64,000 nt of DNA, taken from the NCBI GenBank assembly GCA_951406725.2, contig OX597840.1, positions 930,001 to 994,000 on the forward strand, read 5' to 3'. The notes under the pieces are model-generated. The model worked only from the letters and a program-made list of their open reading frames with translations. It had not been told where the DNA came from and did no database searches. The DNA is from Octopus vulgaris (lineage: Eukaryota). A program made the position numbers and the translations under genes. How positions within the stretch are numbered: position 1 is the stretch's first letter; the number at the start of each line of letters is the position of its first letter. Positions 41,427 through 56,565 of the stretch are shown here, piece after piece.

Positions 41427-41457
<31 letters not shown>

Positions 41458-41584
41458 GTTTATGCATGTATATATGTATACAAACACTCATATGAAATAC
41501 GTATAATCATATATGCGCTTATATAGTTTTTCCTTAAAAAAGCATGTATATATAGATATACATACACACATACATATATATATA

Positions 41585-41630
<46 letters not shown>

Positions 41631-41897
41631 TATACATATATATGTATATATATATGCATACATATATATACACGTACAAATATATATGTGTGTGTAAATG
41701 TGTATTTATATGAACATATTTATACATACATATATATATATGCATACATATATTTATGTATATATATACATATATAAATATATATATATATAGACATATA
41801 TATATATATATATGTATACATACATATACAAATATATATATATGTAAATATATATTCATATGTATGTATATCTGTATATGTCTATATATATATGTAC

Positions 41898-41935
<38 letters not shown>

Positions 41936-42192
41936 CTGTGTGTCTGTGTATGTATTAATTCTTAAATTTTGATGTAGGTAAGTACAAATGAATGTTTAAG
42001 AGAATGGAATAATCTACAGATAAACCCCTCTTGAGATTTCGATTCTTCACTTTAGAAAATTTCTCGTCATTTTTTTTTTTATATTTCATTTCAATTTGCA
42101 TTTTTTTTAATTGTTTCTTTTCTATCGTAAATATCATTTGGTTTGTACTTTTGCTTCGAATTTCATTTCGATATCGTAGTCGTGCTCGTGGT

Positions 42193-42263
42193 ATATTATT
42201 ATCATCATCATCATCATCATCATCATCATTATCATCATTATCATCATCATCATCATCATCATT

Positions 42264-42295
<32 letters not shown>

Positions 42296-42369
42296 TTTTT
42301 CTTCTTCCTTATCCTCTATTTTTTCTTACCTTTCCTCATCTCAATCACCTATCATCAGTCACTTTCTCT

Positions 42370-42425
<56 letters not shown>

Positions 42426-42437
42426 GTAGTAGTAGTA

Positions 42438-42478
<41 letters not shown>

Positions 42479-42500
42479 TATAATATTAATGATAATAATA
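42193..42500. repeat. Compound (CAT)n, (CTA)n, (GTA)n, (AAT)n tract
   Basis: Directly visible. Confidence 0.96.
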
Positions 42501-42601
42501 AAGATTTCAATTTTTTGCCAAAATTTCCACACTCTTTCCACAGAATCTGCATTGCTGATTATTATTATTATTATTATTATTATTCTATATTTGACTCCCT
42601 T

Positions 42602-43026
42602 AAGCGGCGAGCCGGCAGAAACGTTAGCACGCCGGGCGAAATGCTTAGCGGTATTTCGTCTGCCGTTACGTTCTGAGTTCAAATTCCGCGTAAGTCGACT
42701 TTGCCTTTCATCCTTTCGGGGTCGATTAAATAAGTACCAGTTACGCACTAGGGACGATATAATCGACTTAATCATCCGTCTGTCCATCCTTGTTTGTCCC
42801 TTCTGTGTTTAGCCCCTTGTAGGTAGTAAAGAAATAGGTATTTCGTCTGACGTTACGTTCTGAGTTCAAATTCTGCCTAGGTCGACTTTGCTTTTCATCC
42901 TTTCGGGGCCGATTAAATTAAGTACCAGTTACGCACTGGGGTCGATAAAATCGACTTAACCCCTCTGTCTGTCCTTGTTTGTCCCCTCTGTGTTTAGCCC
43001 CTTGTGCGTAGTAAAGAAATAGGTAT
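42602..43026 (+). mobile_element. SINE family A: head plus 2 units plus the first bases of a third
   Basis: Units start ~42651 and 42838; ends AAAGAAATAGGTATTT. Confidence 0.9.
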
Positions 43027-43321
43027 TTGTCTCCCTTTATTCAATATGACAATATCCGTTCGACGGTGTTTGATTACACGATCCGTCAGAAAATCATAGT
43101 CCCAGTGCATCGTTATCCCCCCCCCACCTGCAAAATTTACTTGCTACACACTCATACCAGTTCTCTGTTACTTCATATAAGTATTTACGGCATAAGAGCC
43201 AATGAAGATACACACACACTTTATCGTGGCGACGCTTGTATTCCTTTTGTGCAAGGCTCACGCTTCCACTTACCAAGTGAGTCACAATTTCCACACTCTT
43301 TCCACAGAATCTGCATTGCTG
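43023..43321 (-). mobile_element. R4/Dong-type RLE fragment (CCHC-RHD-PD region)
   Basis: CRFCGKSVEIVTHLVSGSVSLAQKEYKRRHDKV...WDYDFLTDRVIKHRRTDIVILNK; homologous to 5440-5700; the 5' end abuts (AAT)n. Confidence 0.88.
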
Positions 43322-43405
<84 letters not shown>

Positions 43406-43408
<3 letters not shown>

Positions 43409-43638
43409 TAGTCTTATTTTTATCACGTGCTTTCACTGCACTACCGATCGCAGCTCTGTGTGCCTTGGGTATGTGCTGCGGTTTTTGTGGTGCTCTTATT
43501 TTCACTGTATTGAAAGTGTTTTACGTAGAATGTGTTCGGTACCTAGTAGTACTATTTTCTGTATGCTATATTTTCTTGTTAGTCATGGTGCTTTTGTTAT
43601 ATATGTTATGTATGTCTGAACGTTATATTTATCATGCC
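43406..43638 (-). mobile_element. R4/Dong-type 3' terminus embedded in (AAT)n
   Basis: Minus strand SIQKIVLLGTEHILRKTLSIQ* (R4-clade C-terminal motif), then a short 3' UTR ending GACTACTG-(AAT)n. Confidence 0.8.
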
Positions 43639-43639
43639 G

Positions 43640-44175
<536 letters not shown>

Positions 44176-45836
44176 AAGACTACAAGCTGCCAGAATCGTT
44201 AGACCGCTGGGGAAAATGCTAAACGAGATTTCGGCTGTCAGAATATGTCAGCACTCTTAGGTTTGTTTCAAAAACGTTGATTCACAAAGAACGAATGCAT
44301 CTGCGCATGTTAATATGTGTTTAATGTGAAAAAAATATAAATACTATACCAAAAGTATACAAATAGAGAGGATAGGACTAAAGTAACATTCAGCTCTGCA
44401 GTGCTTTTTTAAAAACGCTTTTTTTGTCTTATATGTTTCCTAATTTATCATTTCTAAAACAGCTGACTTCTGGTTTAGAAATAAAATATTTCGTTTAGAA
44501 TAACATGATTTGTTATACAAAACAAAATATCTTTCGTTTCTGTATTTCATTTGTAAGATTCTCGATAGCAATTCGTGTGCTGAAACAGATGTGTCTTGGA
44601 TGGATCATTATGCGAAAAGTGGTAACACACGCACTGGTTCAATATCACTTCCCTATTGTTATTCGTTTGGTTAAATATGTAACAAACTACATAATCGATC
44701 GTTTGTTTGATGTGTTGATTAAACAATGAATACGTCGTTTGCTTGTCAGCAAAATAGATTTAGTAACTAGCATAATAAAATTTGTGGCAGTGTATAACGG
44801 TATCCACGAACTACCTCAACCGTTGGAGCACCGAAAAATGCTGTGTAGGGTTTCTTCTGACTCTTTAAATTCTGAGTTCATCTTCCAACGACGACAACTT
44901 TCCTGTTAATCATTGAAGTACCATTTAAATATTGAGGTCTAAGAAATCGACTATTCCACTTCGTAAAATCCATGCCTTGCGTCTACATAACAAACCCCTA
45001 TAATTTCTTATATCGTTATTGCCCACAAGGGGCTAAACAAGGAACAAACAAGGACAGACAAAGGGATTAAGTATATTGAGTGTTGACTGTTAAGGGTATG
45101 CTTTCATCATTAAAGCTTTCAGTTTTGTCACGCACACGAAATTATGTAGATTCGTCCTCCGAATGAAGTAAATTAGAATTTGTGGAATACGCGACCATAT
45201 ACACGGACAGTGAACGAGAATATATTACAGTTAATCTCAAAAGTGAATTCTAATCGTCGAGAACCGACGAAGATCCACTTATTTCACATGTCAATTTACT
45301 CAAAAATTACACTGTATTGTTTCGTTTTAGTTGATATACTGTACTGTTGAATGAATCTATAGGTTTTAGATTCAAAAATGTATGCCACGGTAAACGCAAG
45401 GGAATGAGCTGTTTATATAAAATATTTGGTTGAGTTATTAACTAGGACTAATAATTGGATTGAATCGGAAACCTCTTGAAGCGAACACCGTATCCGATGG
45501 GCGATAATCTACATCTCATACGAGTGTAGATACACGTAGAAAAGGTACGTATTTTTCGTTTATAGAAGAAAGAAATATCATCACACAGAAAAAATATTTA
45601 AATAAGCATACACACAAAAACACACACACATACACACGCACACGCACACACACATATCTCCATTCATACATACATACATACATACATACTTAAATACACG
45701 TATGACTGCATATATTTATATATAAATATATAGATACACACGCACACATACCTATGTACATAAATACATATATACTGTTTTTATCTGTACAAATGTATAT
45801 ACATACATACATACATACATATATACATATATACAT

Positions 45837-45880
<44 letters not shown>

Positions 45881-46338
45881 GAACACACACACATACATTT
45901 ACATATATACATACCAGACCTCGTACATCTACGCAGTCATCTACTTTAAAACTAAACACAAAACTCTCTTCCGTCTAAATTTGTCTCAATAAATGTTTTC
46001 TTGTTTTTTCTTCGTAATGAAATTATTTTTCCCAGAGGTCTGCTTGAGACGAATCTCTTAAACATTCTGTTGTGGGAACCAGAATTTACATCGGCTTAAG
46101 TAAACCAGAGTATATGTGTGTATGTGTGTGTGTCTGTGTCTGTGTCGTCTTGGGTATATGTGTCTGTGTGTGTCACGTGTTCATGTGCGGTGAGGAAAGA
46201 GGGAGGTAAAGAGACTGAGTGTCTGATAATAGCGGCAGATAGATATGTGGATTTATTACCCTATTGATACATGGTGGATATATTGATAGGCAGGAAGATT
46301 ATCAAACAGATATAGACAGATAGGTAGATGCATATGTA

Positions 46339-46404
<66 letters not shown>

Positions 46405-46507
46405 CATATATATATATATACATATATATACACACACAAAGAGAATGATAGAGAGCTAGAGAAAAAAAGAGAGTAAGATACAAAAGTAGATTGGTAGGTG
46501 TAGATAT

Positions 46508-46955
46508 TCTTTTACTCTTTTACTCTTTTACTTGTTTCAGTCATTTGATTGTAGCCTTGCTGGAGCACCGCCTTTTAGTCGAGCAAATCGACTCCAGGGC
46601 TTATTCTTTGTAAGCCTTGTACTTATTGTATCGGTGTCTTTCGCCGAATTGCTAAGTAAAGGAGACGTAAACACACCAGCATCGATTGTCAAGCGATGTT
46701 GGGGGGACAAGCACAGACACACACAGATACACACACACACACACACACACATACACACACACACACAAATACACATATATATACATATATACGACAGGCA
46801 TCTTGTCAGTTTCCGTTGCCCAAGTCCACTCACAAGGCTTTGGTCGGTCCGAGGCTATAGTAGAATACCCTCGCCCAAGGTGCCACGCAGTGGGAATGAA
46901 CCCGGAACCATGTGGTTGGTAAGCAAGCTACCTACCACACAGCCACTCCTACGTC
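46508..46955 (-). mobile_element. SINE family C, full length
   Basis: Head ...CTACCACACAGCCACTCC, internal (CA)n, tail with (CTTTTA/CTCTTTTA)n. Confidence 0.9.
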
Positions 46956-47449
46956 AATATATATATATTATATAGACATATGTGTGTATATGTGTACATG
47001 TGTGTGTGTGTGTTTGTGTCTTTGTGTATTTGCGTCTGTGCGTACAGACAGAAAGATAAATGCTTAGACAGTTAGATAGACGTTTAGACTGAGAGACAGA
47101 AAGGAGAGAAAAGAGGAAATACGGATGGCAGCATTGACGTCGCAATGTAAAGATGTTTCGTGTTGGTAGATTGATGAATAAAAGCTTGTATGGAGTTCCA
47201 ACTAAACAATATATATTTATCGTTAACAAAACAATGTGTTGTTAAACGAACGACAGGAAAGAAGATATGTGAGCCAAGTAAATTAGTTCAGCAGTTCATG
47301 TGAGATGTTAGTTGTCTACAAGATGAGTAGCTGTGAGTGGTTGTCGATTCCAGCAGCTTGCTGTCTAAAGCAGTTTCACAGCGACTCTCTCTGTCGTAGT
47401 AGTTACGTTCCGAAACCATTGTTGAGTGACTTAAATTCCTAAAGCCGTT

Positions 47450-47780
47450 ATGCTGTTGATCCCACCGTCGCTGACTACTTCGCAGATAAACAAATTGTAT
47501 ATGGCTAAATTATTTAAAAAAGGCTCCAAAGACAGAATCATTAATGACATTTCTATATGCCGTTAAAACATGCGAAATATATAAACAAATATTGCTTCTA
47601 CGACGGCTGGATTCAGCCAGAGGATGGTGCCGTGTTATACATCACCTTTAGCGTGGTAATTTTCTATTTCCCACTCACTTAATTTCTGGTGAAGTGCCAA
47701 TTTGGACAGAACTGTTATTATCTATCGTTCCTGCTGCGATATGGGTTCACTTGGTAACTAAAAAATTTGTCAAATGCTCT
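47450..47780 (+). mobile_element. Possible very old Tc1/mariner-superfamily relic
   Basis: WIQPEDGAVLYIT loosely resembles FQQDGAPxHT; otherwise heavily decayed. Confidence 0.2.
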
Positions 47781-47983
47781 TTGAAAAAAATCACTTCTAC
47801 TCAGAAGATGTCTGAGGTTGTTTGGTAGAATGTTCAGAAGTTATAGGCACATGAAAGCTAATTTGTTACAAACATCGCTGATTACTCCAGACGAAAAGAA
47901 AGGAATGTTTGATTCTATGAAGTTGACAGCAACTTCGAAGTTTGTGCGATGGTGTCTTTATAAATGAAAGCTACATGTCAATA

Positions 47984-48369
47984 TGGAAGCACTCCGTCGG
48001 TTACGACGACGAGGGTTCCGGTTGATCCGAATCAACGGAACAGCCTGCTCATGAAATTAACGTGTAAGTGGCTGAGCACTCCACAGACACGTGTACCCTT
48101 AACGTAGTTCTCGGGGATATTCAGCGTGACACAGAGAGTGACAAGGCCGGCCCTTTGAAATACAGGTACAACAGAAACAGGAAGTAAGAGTGAGAGAAAG
48201 CTGTGGTGAAAGAGTACAGCAGGGATCACCACCATCCCCTGCCGAAGCCTCGTGGAGCTTTTAGGTGTTTTCGCTCAATAAACACTCACAACGCCCGGTC
48301 TGGGAATCGAAACCGCGATCCTATGACCGCGAGTCCGCTGCCCTAACCACTGGGCCATTGCGCCTCCAC
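47984..48369 (-). mobile_element. SINE family B, full length
   Basis: Reverse-complement match to 10706-11086; 11-bp TSD ACATGTCAATA at 47973-47983 and 48370-48380. Confidence 0.92.
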
Positions 48370-48611
48370 ACATGTCAATAACTTCAAAGTAATTATGCAC
48401 TTTCTTCTTTCGAGAAGTAACATAAATAATTCTCCAAAAATGATTTGCGGAATTCTCGAATTAAAACAAGAATTGATAAACATATTATAACTAGCAACAT
48501 AACAATAGTAACACAATAACATAATATACATATTAATATACATAATAACTACCAATAATGTACATACATACATACACACACACGCACACACGCGCACACA
48601 CACACACACAC

Positions 48612-48656
<45 letters not shown>

Positions 48657-48781
48657 CACACATATATATATATATAGTTATACAATTAAGGGCTCCTAAA
48701 TTAAGATGCCGAGTGCTGGGAACACAAAAAGGGGATGAATTTATCGAGAGTGAAAATCAAAAACGTTTACCGATAACTTTA

Positions 48782-48863
48782 ACAACTCGAACCGCACGGT
48801 TTCTGCTTCTTTCTAGCAAAACACAGAATATGTTTGCTAAGGCTGGCTTCGTCAGCGAGTCGC
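48782..48863 (-). ncRNA. Type I hammerhead ribozyme candidate
   Basis: Minus strand: 8-bp stem I GCGACTCG/CGAGTTGT; CTGACGA; stem II GC/GC plus TAGCAAA/TTTGCTA with A.A at its base; GAAA; stem III ACCG-TG-CGGT; GTT triplet. Confidence 0.72.
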
Positions 48864-48974
48864 CTAAATTGAATCGAGGTCTGCAGCGATGTGGGACCAT
48901 GTGTTGATCTCGACTACTAGCAGATCTTAACTTTTCAAATCTCTGCGCAAGTAAATAATATTACTACCCTTCTT

Positions 48975-49026
<52 letters not shown>

Positions 49027-49031
49027 TTATA

Positions 49032-49250
49032 TATCTGTAAAATAATATGTGACAATTATTCGGTAGCCAAGGTAAAACTCTGAGTTTCGGATGCCGAGGT
49101 GGAAATCCACGCCACCATCTCTTTGGTTATTTGGTCATCTGAAAACCGCCATGAAAAAACACCGTGGTGGTGTGGATTTCCACCTCGGCATCCGAAACTC
49201 AGAGTTTTATCTTGGCTACCGGATAATTGTCACATATTATTTGACAGATA
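49032..49250. repeat. Fold-back element: ~86-bp inverted arms with a ~47-bp spacer, between (TA)n tracts
   Basis: 49032-49117 is the reverse complement of 49165-49250 with few mismatches; the arms contain CCGAAACTCAGAGTT. Confidence 0.92.
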
Positions 49251-49316
49251 AATTTTCCTCTATTTACATAATATTGAGGCCTCTTTCTTCCTTTTGTTAT
49301 CTTACCGTTTTTACCA

Positions 49317-49380
<64 letters not shown>

Positions 49381-50135
49381 ATGCATGTATGTATTTATGT
49401 ATATGTATACATAAACATCAATAATGTTTCACAATGTCAAATTTGATCACAAACGATATGTCAGCCAATAGCAATGGAGGGAGAAAATTTGCCTTGAACC
49501 AGAATGCTAAATACTGGCAGGGAAATCCAAACAAAGATGTGGACCAAATATCTTAGCAAAACAATCATGTCTGCTGCTAAGTTAAACGAAAAGCAGAAAA
49601 ACCGGAGCCCCTCAATAGAGAGAAGTAAAATAGGAGAGGGTAGCTAGAGATGATCGGATTTTATAGAAATGAAACTTAAGGTAAATTAAAACTAGAACGC
49701 CGACAACAAAAATAAGAACAACAACAACAACAACAAAGACAGCAACAGCAACAAAGACAGGAAGCAAACGATAAGGACTCCAATTATCACGTTTCTTGTA
49801 TGTATGCGTATATGTATATGTATATATATATAAATACATATGTATATATAAATATATATATATATGTGTGTGTGTATAAGTAAATAGATAGATACGTAGG
49901 TAGATATATATAATATTTATATGTATATATACATATATGAATATATATATATATATATATTTTCTCAAGATAAATGTATGCAACTATATATATAATATAT
50001 ATATAGACATATATGATATATATACATGCATATATATACACACACATATATATATATACACACAGACAATTATATACTTGTATACATATGAATATTTATT
50101 ATATATATAGACATATGTATACGCATGTACATATA

Positions 50136-50197
<62 letters not shown>

Positions 50198-50948
50198 TTG
50201 AAGTAGGATTGCAGCGCTGGTGTCTTTCATTGCTACAAAGACAAAAAGCAAGAACAATTGTGATAACAAAAATAAGAGCCTCGCCAAAAGAGGAAAATAA
50301 AACAAAAGAGACGAGGTGTAATTTTGATGACTGAAACAGCAAATTAATAAAGAAGAGAGGAAGATCGACTGATAATTCACTCCTCTATACCGAAACCTAA
50401 TGTCACGAGATTAAACATATCTTATTCCTCATAGACCATTAGTTCTACCTGATAGATTCAGCTATGGACATATATATATATATATATACACACACATACA
50501 TACATACACACATACATGCATACATATGTACGTACATATGTACGTACATACATACACAAATACATACATATATATATACACATATATATATATATATGCC
50601 TATATATATATATACATGCATATATACGTACACACATACAAATACATATTTATATATATATATATATACGTATATATAAATATGTATATATTCCCACACA
50701 CGCACATACACACATATATACACATATATATATGCTTCTTAGGGAGTGAATATATATATAGACATATTCATAATGAGATACGCAAATGCATATATATATA
50801 TATATATATATATGATTAAATACATCCATATAGATATATGTACACACAAGGGTATATATATACACACAATATATATATATGCTTGCATATATTTCAACGT
50901 AAGTATATATGTATGTATTTGTATGTAGGTATTTATGTCTAAACAAGG

Positions 50949-50987
<39 letters not shown>

Positions 50988-51050
50988 CAATTATGTAAAC
51001 GTCTATTGATGCATATATACATACGTAAAGTCATATATATCTATTCCGCA

Positions 51051-51090
<40 letters not shown>

Positions 51091-51748
51091 GTGTGTGTGT
51101 GTATACATACATACATATTTATATATATATAAATATATATATATATATTTATATATATATTTATACACATATATTTTTGCACAAACACACATAAACGCAC
51201 AGAGGGACACCCATCCACACGTATGTGCACACACATATAAATATCTTCCTTGTTCAAAAACGAAAAACAAAATGGCGACTACTATAATACATCATAGGCG
51301 AAACCGAGAACGAAAGCGAATGGCGGCGTCGACTAAGTTCACGAGCTACGCTTTGTTTTCTAGCTTTTATCTATATTATTTTCGTTCGTTTTTCCCTACT
51401 TGTTTGTACGAAGTTCTCATTCTCGTTTATTTTTTATCTTCTTTTCTTGATTGTCTTCTATATTAACATTAATTTATAAGGTGTATGTATATTCATATGA
51501 ATTTGTTGGTATTTTTTTACGATAGGCCATCAACGGACATGAAAGCGAAAGGATTTAGATACGAAACTAGATAAAACCTAGAAATTCCAACGAATTGTTC
51601 ACAAACGAATGCAATTGATATGAATTATTGGTAAATAGAGTAATGTATAAGTATACGTGTATATATATATATACACATACATAGATATATATATATATGT
51701 TTATATGCATATGTATATATATATATACAGCCATCTATCTATCCCTGT

Positions 51749-51794
<46 letters not shown>

Positions 51795-52472
51795 ATAGAC
51801 AGATGGCTGGCTAGCTAGCCAGAAAAGTGTGTATATATACATATATATATATATATTAATGTTGTCGTTTGTTATATAACATATAAAATGTAAGCAGGTG
51901 TGGTTATATATATATTGATATATATATCTATATGTAGATATCTCTATATATCTATCTATCTACCTCTCTCTCTCTGTCTCTGTCTCTCTCTCATTTTATC
52001 TATCTATGTTTCCATCTATCGATATATATCTAACGATATATATCTATATATTTATCTATAAATGTAGATGCACACCTGCATGCATGTACATAAATATACA
52101 CATGCATTCGAATGAGTGTATATATAAAATTGTTTATCGCGTGTGTAAGACGACGAACATACATACATATATATATAATTTATATTAATGAATTTAGGAA
52201 TGGACGTGAATATAAATACACTTATATATGTATCTTCATTTATATTAAGCATAAATTTACACATACATTAATAAATATATACCAACACACACGTATACCT
52301 ACATATATATATCTGCCGAAACAGGTGTGACAATGTGTATGCATGTATCCAATTTGCGCGTTAATATAACACATGAAGGTAATACGCAAAGCGGTATTTC
52401 TATCATTCTTTCATTATCTCTTCTAAGACTATAAATATTACAAAGTAGATGATACCACAGCATATACATCAA

Positions 52473-52574
<102 letters not shown>

Positions 52575-52717
52575 CTCATTATATTTACCTGCCTGTTTGA
52601 GTGAATCTGTGTCGGGTCATCTGCCTGACTGTCTTCAGATACATATACACACATAAATGCATATTGCACATACATACGCATACAAATATATATACATATA
52701 CGTATATATATATATAT

Positions 52718-52775
<58 letters not shown>

Positions 52776-52777
<2 letters not shown>

Positions 52778-52884
52778 GTTTATGCTTATCTACTTGCAAA
52801 TATTGCTCTGGCTATCAATTTCGTCCTCGTTCTCAATGCATATACACATATACATATATGTATTCATATATGTATAGATGTATA

Positions 52885-52917
<33 letters not shown>

Positions 52918-52998
52918 GCATATATGTATATATATATAAGTGTATATGTATATATGTATATATATATACATATATGTATATATATGTGTATATGTATA

Positions 52999-53052
<54 letters not shown>

Positions 53053-53146
53053 CCTATATTTTTTTCTATATATGTGTATATATATTGAGAGCGTGAACGA
53101 AATTGATAGCGAAAGCAATGTTTGCGAGTAGATAAGCATAAACATA
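52776..53146. repeat. ~62-bp inverted repeat pair flanking a TA-rich tract
   Basis: TGTTTATGCTTATCTACT.GCAAA.ATTGCT...GCTATCAATTTCGT...TCTCAAT (52776-52837) vs its reverse complement at 53083-53146. Confidence 0.85.
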
Positions 53147-53235
53147 TATGAATCTGTATATATATACATACATATATATAAGCGTAAACAGATATATATA
53201 TATGTATGTGTGTGTGTGTGCGCATGTGTATGTGT

Positions 53236-53266
<31 letters not shown>

Positions 53267-53280
53267 CATATACATACATA

Positions 53281-53318
<38 letters not shown>

Positions 53319-53382
53319 CATATATTTATTTCTATATATATATATATATATATGACATATGTTTATGTATCCATTTATTTCA

Positions 53383-53444
<62 letters not shown>

Positions 53445-53478
53445 GTTTATGTATCCATATCTATACACATAAATATAT

Positions 53479-53519
<41 letters not shown>

Positions 53520-53588
53520 GCATTCACTCATGTATATATTTATGCATGTATCCATATCTATACATTCACTCAGGCACACATGTACATA

Positions 53589-53638
<50 letters not shown>

Positions 53639-54195
53639 ACCTATGCATATCTATGCATTAAAGTATTTTTTACGACTTACTCATGTCTTAAGTCTTTTTT
53701 ACTACTGTAGACATATAACTCTCTATTTACGTCTACGCATTTGTGCAGCTATGATGCGTTCCAAATGTGTACATTAAGCATGATATACAACATATATTCT
53801 CATGCGTTGACACACACACAACCACACACACAAATACACGCACACACACATAAGCATATGCGTACCTATGTTCATATGTACATATATATATACATACATA
53901 TATATGTATACATACATGTATGTATATATATATATATATATATATACATGGTGATACAAGGATATACATATATGGATATGCATATATATATATATATATA
54001 TAACATTTTAGATATATAGTTAGATGCCATAAACGCACACATGAACATATGTGTACCTATGTTCATATGTACATACATATACATACGTATATATATATAC
54101 ATATATGTAATATATGTATGTACATATATATGGATAGATAGACAGATATACATACATATATATATGCATATATATACATACGGATAGATAGATAG

Positions 54196-54254
<59 letters not shown>

Positions 54255-54920
54255 ATTTTAGATATATAGGTAGATGCTATAAATGCGGTATAATAAATTA
54301 TAACTATGCATACTAATACGTATACCAAAATATATAACTACGTACAGTAATAATCGCTAATGCATATGGCTACAAAAATCATCGGACATAACGTTCCAGA
54401 CGAAATATATACGCACTCACAAAGCTCACACATATATACACTCACACCCTCATACCCTCACACACAGAAATATACACAAAAATTGCCAGACATCTAAACC
54501 TCGTCCTAACACGATTTTACCTCCATCTAATAAAAAAACCTGTCGCAAAATAGTGGTGTTAGTTGCTTGTGATCGGTTGTGTAGGCATGTGATATACGGC
54601 ATATCAACATTGTTGATATATAGATACTGGAGTTATTTCTTTTTTACTATCATAGCTTGCGTGTATACTTACATATATAGATTTACATACACGTACCTAC
54701 ATACATATATAAATATATATATGTGTGTGTGTGTGTGTATCTGTGTGTGTGTGTATGTGTGTGTGTGTGCATATACATATACATATACATATATATATAT
54801 AATATATAAAATATATATATTATATATTATATATTATATATAATATATAAAATATATATATTATATATTATATATTATATATATAATATATAAAATATAT
54901 GTATGTGTGTGCATATACAT

Positions 54921-55004
<84 letters not shown>

Positions 55005-55067
55005 TTTATATATATATACAAAGAGAGACGAAGAAAGAAAAACACATTCTAAAAGGAATGATGCATA

Positions 55068-55139
<72 letters not shown>

Positions 55140-55284
55140 TATATATATATATACATATATATACATATATATATATGTGTGTATATATATATATATATAT
55201 ACACATATATATACATAAATACATCTATGTGAATAGCTCCCTATCACTCTATCCTCTCTAACTTTCTATCTATATATATATGTG

Positions 55285-55396
<112 letters not shown>

Positions 55397-55945
55397 CAAC
55401 ATACAAACAACAATAAAGACAAACACGTCTACACATAAATTCATGGCCTTCGCCATTGTTTTCATAGTTTATGGCTTCCTCTAATTATTACTCCTCTCTT
55501 CTTTCTTCTCTCAGTCACTTCACCTGACTCTTTCGCCTCTTCCTTGCTCTCTCTCTTCCCTCTCCACCCCTTCTGTCTTTGAATATTTTTTAGCACTTAT
55601 TGGACAATTTTTGCAACGTATAATCTGAAGTTGGATGAATATCTAAAGCATCTTGTTCTGTGTTCGCTTCTTTTGCTTTGCATTCCTTTGTTTAATCCCC
55701 CATTTAAATAATCACTCAGTTAATTACTTACATAATTAAATACTTTGTTTCTGCCTATTAAATTACTTTCGAATATATCTATGGGTTTTAACCAAACGCC
55801 TTTTGACTAAGATGTTTTTGATATGTATTGTATTACTTTTCTGTATGCATACAACAAAACACTGTTCAGAAAGCAGTGCTGTGTGTCTGTATGCGTGTTT
55901 CAGTGCTGTGTGTGTGTGCCTATGTGCGTGTGTTTTGGTGTATGC

Positions 55946-56007
<62 letters not shown>

Positions 56008-56250
56008 CCTTGTCCGTTTTCCCGTCCTTGTTTTGTATACATTTGAGGCTTTCTTCCAAGGAATCTAATGTGCTTGGCTTAGATTTTCCTTTTGGGGCTG
56101 GCCAGATGGGAGCAATCTCAAGATTAATCAGCCGAAATTGCGAGGATGATCCGGTTCTTGACTGAAGATTGATGGCAATGAATGTCTCGCCCGTGTTTTT
56201 TGTATCGTCTTCTAAATGTTTTGCGTTCTTGTTACAGTTTGTATTTTTTT

Positions 56251-56346
<96 letters not shown>

Positions 56347-56424
56347 CTCACAATCAAGGTGCAGAAATGGCGTATTCAAAATGAACAAGGTAATGTAATC
56401 CGATGGTAGAAAGAATGAAAGAAT

Positions 56425-56565
56425 TCCACGAATTTTTCCTCCGTTTTTCTTTCCTATTGGACTTTCCTCTGTTTCTGAAGCAGAGCTTTTGATCGAAAGG
56501 TTAAAACATATTTCTTTCCTTTCCTGAACGCCAGCTAATACTTTAGATGCACCAAGTCCTCACGT
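56425..56565 (+). mobile_element. Decayed copy of the hammerhead-like short repeat (motif 56471-56507)
   Basis: GTTT-CTGAAGC-A-GAGC-TTTT-GATC-GAAAGGTTA-AAAC. Confidence 0.5.

Noticed and set aside
50366-50408. TCGA-CTGATAA...CGAAAC-CTAAT-GTC-ACGA
   Set aside because: G8 is lost and stem II does not pair.
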